Below, in pieces: positions 58,154 through 64,000 of a DNA stretch of 64,000 bases. Positions within the stretch are counted from its first letter, which is position 1. Every line of letters starts with the position of its first letter. The stretch lies in contig CBDCQT010000011.1 of assembly GCA_965220745.1 (NCBI GenBank), forward strand, positions 480,001 through 544,000, written 5' to 3'. The stretch comes from Alphaproteobacteria bacterium. Its GTDB lineage: Bacteria > Pseudomonadota > Alphaproteobacteria > UBA828. The notes beneath the pieces were generated by a model, which was not told the origin of the DNA, did not search any database, and worked only from the letters and a program-made list of their open reading frames with translations. The translations under genes and the position numbers were made by a program.

Positions 58154-58840
58154 ATGATGGAACGCGTGGCACAGCGCCCGCTGACGCTGAGTCGCGAGGC
58201 GCTCGCCTCGGGCGCGATCCGTCGCTTCGTCGAAGCGCATTCGCACATCGAGACACGCAGCCCGGCGGAGCTCGCGGCCTCCCTTCGTTCGGCGCTCGCC
58301 GGCCGTGATCTCTCCGGCGGCGTCTGGCTCTTCGCCTACGGCTCGCTGATCTGGAACCCACTCATCGAAGTCGCCGAGAGGCGGCTCGGCACGGCCTACG
58401 GCTATCACCGGCGGTTCTGCATCTGGTCGGAGCTCGGCCGCGGCAGCCCCGAACGGCCCGGTCTGGTGCTCGCCCTCGACCACGGCGGCGCCTGCCGTGG
58501 CGTGCTGTTACGCGTCGCGCCGGAGCGGGTCGAAAGCGAACTGGACGTAATCTGGCAGCGGGAGATGCTCACCTCGGTCTATCGCGCGCGCTGGCTTCGG
58601 GTGCGGAGCGCGGCGGGCCCCGTCGAGGCGCTCGCCTTCACCGTCAACCGCGCTCATTCGCGCTATGCGGGGCGACTCCCGGACGAGCGCATTCTGGACG
58701 CGATCGCCGCCGCCGAAGGCCCGATCGGGCGCTGCGCCGATTACCTTATCGAGACCGTTGCCTCCCTGCGCGCCCTTGGCATCTGCGAGGCGGGTCTGGC
58801 CGCGCTCAACGATCGGCTGGCAGCGCGCGGGGGCGCATAG
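58154..58840 (+). CDS. chaC: Gamma-glutamylcyclotransferase, ChaC family
   Basis: WLFAYGSLIWNP, GYHRRFC, RGSPERPGLVLALD.GG.C.G, WQREM. Confidence 0.9.
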   Translation: MMERVAQRPLTLSREALASGAIRRFVEAHSHIETRSPAELAASLRSALAGRDLSGGVWLFAYGSLIWNPLIEVAERRLGTAYGYHRRFCIWSELGRGSPERPGLVLALDHGGACRGVLLRVAPERVESELDVIWQREMLTSVYRARWLRVRSAAGPVEALAFTVNRAHSRYAGRLPDERILDAIAAAEGPIGRCADYLIETVASLRALGICEAGLAALNDRLAARGGA

Positions 58841-58922
58841 CCGCCGGAAGCAATCCACGCCGCCCCTTGCCAGGGTGCGACGGGAGCGGGATAGTCTTGC
58901 GGAAAAGGCCGGAGGCAACGGC

Positions 58923-59903
58923 ATGAGTGAAGAGTTCGACTGGGAGATCCCGCTCTCGGCGCAGCCGAAACCGGAGCAGGTGTCTTTCGACCTCGACCGC
59001 GCGCTTGGCGCCGTCGTGGGCTTGCGCGCAACCATTCCGGAAGACGCGTTCACAGCCGGGATCCTGGGAACCGAGAGGACCGGCAACGGGGTCCTGATCG
59101 GCGCAAGCGGCCTCGTGCTTACCATCGGCTACCTGGTCGCCGAGGCGGAATCGGTCTGGCTGACGGCGAGCGACGGCAGCGTGCTCGCGGGTCACGCGCT
59201 GGGCTACGACTTCGAATCGGGGTTCGGTCTGGTGCAGGCGCTCGGCCGCTTCAACGTGCCGGCGCTCGATGTCGGCTCCTCGGCCGCCCTTGAGGTCGGT
59301 GATTTCGTCATCGTGGCTGGCGAAGGCGGCAGGCGGCGCTCGCTCAACGCCCGCGTCACCGCCAAGCGCGAGTTCGCCGGCTATTGGGAATACGTGCTGG
59401 ACGAGGCCGTCTTCACCGCGCCGCCGCATCCCAACTGGGGCGGGTGCGGACTGATCGACCGCCACGGCCAGCTCGTCGGCATCGGCTCGCTGCTGGTGCG
59501 CCAGGCCGGCGCTGGCGGGGACGACACGCTCGACGGTAACATGATCGTCCCGATCGACCTGCTGAAGCCGATTCTCGACGACATGCAGACGCTTGGCCGC
59601 ACCCAGCGCCCGCCCAGGCCCTGGCTCGGCGCCTACGTCACCGAGGTCGACGAGGCGCTCGTCGTCGCAGGGCTTGCGCCGGAGGGGCCGGCCGAGCAGG
59701 CGGAACTGCAGGTCGGCGATCAGGTGCTCGCGGTCAACCGACAGCCCGTCGGCAGTCTCGTCGAGCTCTTCCGCAGCGTCTGGGCAGTGGGCGAGGCGGG
59801 CGTTGCTGTGCCGCTCACCGTGATGCGAAACGGCGAGCCCCACGAAGTCCGGGTGCTGAGCGCCACCCGCGACGAGTTCATGAAGGCCCCGCAACTGCAC
59901 TGA
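58923..59903 (+). CDS. Trypsin-like (S1C/HtrA) fold plus PDZ protein with substituted catalytic triad
   Basis: G.GV.I...G.VLT, G.LVGI, RPWLG, GPAEQA.LQVGD; GGAGG RBS before ATG 58923. Confidence 0.85.
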   Translation: MSEEFDWEIPLSAQPKPEQVSFDLDRALGAVVGLRATIPEDAFTAGILGTERTGNGVLIGASGLVLTIGYLVAEAESVWLTASDGSVLAGHALGYDFESGFGLVQALGRFNVPALDVGSSAALEVGDFVIVAGEGGRRRSLNARVTAKREFAGYWEYVLDEAVFTAPPHPNWGGCGLIDRHGQLVGIGSLLVRQAGAGGDDTLDGNMIVPIDLLKPILDDMQTLGRTQRPPRPWLGAYVTEVDEALVVAGLAPEGPAEQAELQVGDQVLAVNRQPVGSLVELFRSVWAVGEAGVAVPLTVMRNGEPHEVRVLSATRDEFMKAPQLH

Positions 59904-60795
59904 CGACGCCTGGCGTAAGCCAGGCCGCGCCGCGTAGGCCGCTCTCCGGTCCGTAGCGCGCGCGAACCAGCCGGGTGGTGGGCCGGGCCACGTTCGCGTG
60001 AGCGCCCCAGGCACCAGGCACCAGACGGTAAAGCGCGTCGATCTCCGAGAGGCCGCCGCCCAGCACGATCACGTCGGGGTCGAGCAGGTTGATAACGCCG
60101 GCGAGCGCCTGGGCCAGACGCTCGGCATAGCGGGCGACAGTGTCCGCCGCGAGCGCCTCTCCCGCCGCCGCCCGCGCTCCGATCTCTGCGGCCGTGGCCT
60201 CGCCGCCGCCGAGTGCGGCGTAGTCGCGCGCGAGCGCAGCCCCGTTGAGCCAGGTCTCGACGCAGCCCTGGGCGAAGCGCCCGCAGGCGCAGGGCACGCC
60301 GGCGCTCTCTGGCGTGGGCCAGGGGTTGTGGCCCCACTCGCCGGCGCTGGCGTTGGCGCCCACCAGGGCCTCGCCCCGCACCACCAGACCGCCGCCCACG
60401 CCGGTGCCCAGGATGACTCCGAACACCACCTCGGCCCCCGCACCGGCGCCGTCGGTCGCTTCGGAGAGGGCGAAGCAGTTGGCGTCGTTGGCGAGCGCCA
60501 CCGGGCAGCCGAGCCGGGCCTCCAGGGCCTGGCGCAGCGGCTGCCCTTCGAGCCAGGGCAGGTTGACGATCATGCTGATCTCGCCGTCCCGCATGATCAC
60601 GCCGGGGAGGCTCACGCCCACGCCGGGCGCGTGCACGCCGGCGGCAGCGAGCTCCGCCACCATTTCGACCATGGCATCGGCCACGCCGTCGAAGCTCTCC
60701 GGCACCGGCCTGCGCAGGCGCGCGCGCTCCACCCCGCCGTCGTCGAGCCCGATGGCGGCGAGCTTGGTGCCGCCGATGTCGAAGCCGATGCGCAT
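59878..60795 (-). CDS. ROK family sugar kinase (NagK/Mak-like)
   Basis: GFDIGGTK, NDANCFALSE, GTGVGGG, GEWGH, CACG...GCVE. Confidence 0.9.
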   Translation of the reverse strand: MRIGFDIGGTKLAAIGLDDGGVERARLRRPVPESFDGVADAMVEMVAELAAAGVHAPGVGVSLPGVIMRDGEISMIVNLPWLEGQPLRQALEARLGCPVALANDANCFALSEATDGAGAGAEVVFGVILGTGVGGGLVVRGEALVGANASAGEWGHNPWPTPESAGVPCACGRFAQGCVETWLNGAALARDYAALGGGEATAAEIGARAAAGEALAADTVARYAERLAQALAGVINLLDPDVIVLGGGLSEIDALYRLVPGAWGAHANVARPTTRLVRARYGPESGLRGAAWLTPGVVSAVAGPS

Positions 60796-60801
60796 CGCGC
60801 C

Positions 60802-61953
60802 CTACTGCACCTCCGACGCGTCGCTGCGCTCCCCGCCGATCCAGGTGGCGCGGACGCCCAGCTCGTCGTCGAGCCAGACCAAATCGGCGCGGAGCCCCGG
60901 TGCGAGCCGCCCCCGGCTCTCGGCGAGCCCGAGGAAATCCGCCGGATAGGCGGCAGCCATGGCGAGCGCCTCCTCGAGCGGAATGCCGGCATGGGCGACG
61001 CAGTTCCTTACCGCCTGCCCCATGTCGAGCAGCGAGCCCGCGAGGCGGCCGTCGGCCACGCGCAGGCAGCCGTCCACCACACGCACGCGCTCGTCGCCCA
61101 GGCTGAACTCATCGAGGGCGGGTGCACCCACCGGTGCCATCGCGTCGGTGACCAGAAACAACTTGCTGCGGGGTTTGGCGCGCCAGGCGAGGCGAACCAC
61201 GTCCCAGTGCACGTGGATGCCGTCGGCGATGATGCTGCAGGCGAGGTGGTCGCGGGTGAGCGCCGCCCCGGCGGCGCCCAACTCCCGGTGGCCGAGCGGG
61301 CCCATGGCGTTGAACAGGTGGGTCACGCCGGTCAGTTCCGACGCCGCCATATCGAAGGTACCAGCGTCGGCCTCGGTGTGGCCGGCGGCGACGATGACCC
61401 CGCGCCCCGCGAGCGCGCCGATGTGGGCGGGTTCCACGCTTTCGGGCGCGAGCGTCACGAGGGTGCGGCCAGTGCCCAGCGAGGCGAGCAGGTCGATGTC
61501 ATCGTCGCCCAACGGGCCGATTTCGCGCGCATCATGGGCCCCGCGCCGCGCCAGGTTGATGTGGGGACCTTCGAAGTGGATGCCGAGGACCCCCGGCATC
61601 CCCTGATCGAGCGCCTCCCGCACCGCTTCAACCGCCCGCGCCATGTCGGCGCGCGGGCCGGAGATGAAAGTCGGCAGAAAACCCGTGGTGCCGAAGGCGC
61701 GGTGGGCACGGCCGATCGCCGCGATGGTCGCCGTTGTCGGCGCATCGTTGAACATTACACCGCCGCCGCCGTTGACCTGGAGGTCGATGAAGCCGGCGGC
61801 GAGCGTGCCTCCCGCGAGTCGCGTGACTTGCGCTCCGGTGGGGATCGCGTCCTCCGCCGCGATGTCTTGAATGACGCCGTCTGCGAACAGCAGGGCACAG
61901 CCGGAGAGAAGCCCCTCGGGCGTGTGCAACCGGGCGCCGATCAGGGCGTCCAT
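60802..61953 (-). CDS. nagA: N-acetylglucosamine-6-phosphate deacetylase
   Basis: GFIDLQVNGGGG, HFEGP, TLAPE, THLFNAM, DGIH, TDAM, LAGS. Confidence 0.94.
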   Translation of the reverse strand: MDALIGARLHTPEGLLSGCALLFADGVIQDIAAEDAIPTGAQVTRLAGGTLAAGFIDLQVNGGGGVMFNDAPTTATIAAIGRAHRAFGTTGFLPTFISGPRADMARAVEAVREALDQGMPGVLGIHFEGPHINLARRGAHDAREIGPLGDDDIDLLASLGTGRTLVTLAPESVEPAHIGALAGRGVIVAAGHTEADAGTFDMAASELTGVTHLFNAMGPLGHRELGAAGAALTRDHLACSIIADGIHVHWDVVRLAWRAKPRSKLFLVTDAMAPVGAPALDEFSLGDERVRVVDGCLRVADGRLAGSLLDMGQAVRNCVAHAGIPLEEALAMAAAYPADFLGLAESRGRLAPGLRADLVWLDDELGVRATWIGGERSDASEVQ

Positions 61954-62046
61954 CGTCTCCCTAACGCCTCCTGCCGGGAAACGGGTTCGCCGGCGCGAGG
62001 CGGAATGCTAGTGTCGGTGCAAAGGTCACGGAACCGGGTGTAAGCC

Positions 62047-63039
62047 ATGCTGCGCGCTGCCTCAATCGGGATGGGCTGGTGGTCCGACGAGCTAGCGGAC
62101 GCCGCACAGGGTAAGTCGGACGTGATCCGCATTGTGACCTGCTTCACCCGGTCGGCGGAAAAGCGCGCGGCCTTCGCCGAAAAATACGGCACGGCCCAAC
62201 ACGACTCCTACGAAGCGGTGCTCGCAGACGACGGCGTCGACGCGGTCATCCTGACCACGCCGCACTCGACCCATGCTGAGCAGGTGATCGCGGCGGCGGC
62301 GGCCGGCAAGCATGTCTTCTGCGAGAAGCCGTTCACGCTGACCCGCGCGAGCGCGCAAGCCGCGGTGGATGCCTGTGCCGAGGCGGGCGTGGTGCTCGCG
62401 ATCGGGCAGAACCGGCGCTGGCACAGCGCGACCCGCGCGCTCAAACGCATGGTGGAGGGCGGTGACTTCGGCACGATCCTCCACGCGGAGGCGAATTTCT
62501 CTGTGCCGAGCGCCCTCAGCTACCCGCCGGAGCTCTGGCGCTCCAACCGTGTCGAGAGCCCGGCCGGCTCGATCACGGGGCTCGGCATCCACATGATCGA
62601 TGCCCTCGTCTATCTGCTGGGGCCCGTCGCGCGGGTGGCGGCGCAGGCCCACCGGCGCGCGGTGCCGGTCGACATCGACGACACGACCTCGGTGCTGTTC
62701 CTCTTCGAATCCGGGGTCTCGGGCTACCTCGGCACGATGTTCGCCTGCCCCCACACCTCCTACATCAATGTCTACGGCACTGGCGGCAACGCCTTCGCCC
62801 AGATCGACAACAGCCAGCTCATTCTCCAATCGGCGGACGGGGTCAGGCGGGAGGAGCCCATCGAACCCAATGACACGCTCAGGCTGGAGCTCGACGAGTT
62901 CGCTGCAACCTGCGCCGGCGAGGCGCGGTACACGGTGACGACCGAGGAGGCCGTGCACGGCATCGCCGTGATGGAGGCGCTGGTCGAGGCCACGGCCACC
63001 GGCCAGTGGGTGGAGGTCGCCGGCGGGGGCGAGGCATGA
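62047..63039 (+). CDS. Gfo/Idh/MocA family oxidoreductase
   Basis: IGMGWW, TPH..H, GKHVFCEKP, GIHMID. Confidence 0.9.
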   Translation: MLRAASIGMGWWSDELADAAQGKSDVIRIVTCFTRSAEKRAAFAEKYGTAQHDSYEAVLADDGVDAVILTTPHSTHAEQVIAAAAAGKHVFCEKPFTLTRASAQAAVDACAEAGVVLAIGQNRRWHSATRALKRMVEGGDFGTILHAEANFSVPSALSYPPELWRSNRVESPAGSITGLGIHMIDALVYLLGPVARVAAQAHRRAVPVDIDDTTSVLFLFESGVSGYLGTMFACPHTSYINVYGTGGNAFAQIDNSQLILQSADGVRREEPIEPNDTLRLELDEFAATCAGEARYTVTTEEAVHGIAVMEALVEATATGQWVEVAGGGEA

Positions 63040-64000
63040 GCGCGCGCCACACCTTTTTCTGCATCGACGGCCACACCTGCGGCAATCCCGTGCGCGTGGT
63101 GGCAGGCGGCGGGCCGACGCTCGTAGGCGCCACCATGAGCGAGCGGCGCCAGCACTTCCTCCGCGACCACGACTGGATCCGCCGGGCGCTCATGTACGAG
63201 CCCCGCGGCCACGACCTGATGTCGGGCTCCGTGCTCTACCCGCCGCTCTCGCCAGACGCCGATATTGCGCTGCTCTTCGTCGAGACCTCCGGATGCCTGC
63301 CGATGTGCGGCCACGGCACCATCGGGACCGTGACCATCGCCTTGGAGCACGGCCTCGTCTCCCCCCGTAACGAGGGCACGCTGGTGCTGGACACGCCGGC
63401 GGGCCGGGTCGAGGCGCGTTACCGACAGAACGGTACGCGCGTCGAGGCCGTGCGCATCACCAACGTGCCGAGCTTCCTGGCGGAGACGGGCGTCGCGGTG
63501 GAGTGCCCCGGTCTCGGTCCGCTCACGGTGGACATCGCCTATGGCGGCAACTTCTACGCGATCGTCGATCCTCAGCCGGGCTATGCGGGGATGGAGGCGT
63601 TCTCAGCGGCCGAGCTGCTGGCGATGAGCCCCGGCCTGCGCGAGGCCTGCAACCGGGTGGTGGAGTGCGTCCATCCCGACGATTCGTCCATCGCAGGCGT
63701 CAGCCACGTGATGTGGACCGGCGCACCGCAGGACCCCGGCGCTCACGGGCGGAACGCTGTCTTCTACGGCTCCGGCGCGCTCGATCGCTCCCCCTGCGGC
63801 ACCGGCAGCTCCGCGCGCATGGCGCAGTGGGCGGCCACGGGCAAGCTCGCGGCCGGCGATGACTTCGTGCACGAGAGCATCATCGGCAGCCTGTTCAACT
63901 GCCGCGTCGAGAGCGCGACGAAGGTGGGCAATCACGACGCGATCGTGCCGAGCATCGAAGGCTGGGCGCGAGTCACCGGGCTCAACACCATCTTCGTGGA
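63036..64000 (+). CDS. 4-hydroxyproline 2-epimerase (proline racemase family), runs off the window edge
   Basis: Manual translation from ATG 63036: IDGHTCGNPVR, EPRGHDLMSGS, MCGHGT, DRSPCGTG; not in the ORF track. Confidence 0.9.
   Translation, partial: MSARHTFFCIDGHTCGNPVRVVAGGGPTLVGATMSERRQHFLRDHDWIRRALMYEPRGHDLMSGSVLYPPLSPDADIALLFVETSGCLPMCGHGTIGTVTIALEHGLVSPRNEGTLVLDTPAGRVEARYRQNGTRVEAVRITNVPSFLAETGVAVECPGLGPLTVDIAYGGNFYAIVDPQPGYAGMEAFSAAELLAMSPGLREACNRVVECVHPDDSSIAGVSHVMWTGAPQDPGAHGRNAVFYGSGALDRSPCGTGSSARMAQWAATGKLAAGDDFVHESIIGSLFNCRVESATKVGNHDAIVPSIEGWARVTGLNTIFV

Overview
GC-rich bacterial chromosomal segment, most likely alphaproteobacterial (fused ispDF next to cinA; rlmB/tRNA-Tyr/tRNA-Gly/tuf/tRNA-Trp/secE/nusG/rplKAJL/rpoBC order). 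A core translation and transcription block (17.5-36.4 kb) is flanked by accessory catabolic and transport genes. Left side: a GntR-linked hydantoinase/oxoprolinase AB + sugar-type ABC + M24 peptidase locus; an acyl-CoA ligase/thiolase-like/DUF35/crotonase operon divergent from an LLM monooxygenase, a two-subunit hydroquinone dioxygenase and a lone CoA-transferase alpha gene; tRNA-Ser; and a GDSL autotransporter broken by a 7-bp duplication. Right side: a lower-GC KshA/Neverland-like Rieske gene, a CUT1 ABC operon, a YVTN/S41/PCuAC trio, glycerate kinase-pyk, mug, amidohydrolases, a short MetE-like gene, chaC, a triad-less HtrA-like gene, nagA-ROK kinase and hydroxyproline epimerase. The most notable observations are (1) a ~72-aa in-frame insertion in RpoB, just after the gate loop, that reads like a bacterial SH3b domain, (2) a 272-bp TTAA-flanked, highly structured MITE-like element, and (3) a two-copy intergenic element carrying phased 10-bp repeats. 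No CRISPR array, rRNA, integrase or transposase was seen. All calls come from reading motifs by eye; no database searches were run, so novelty is unconfirmed.
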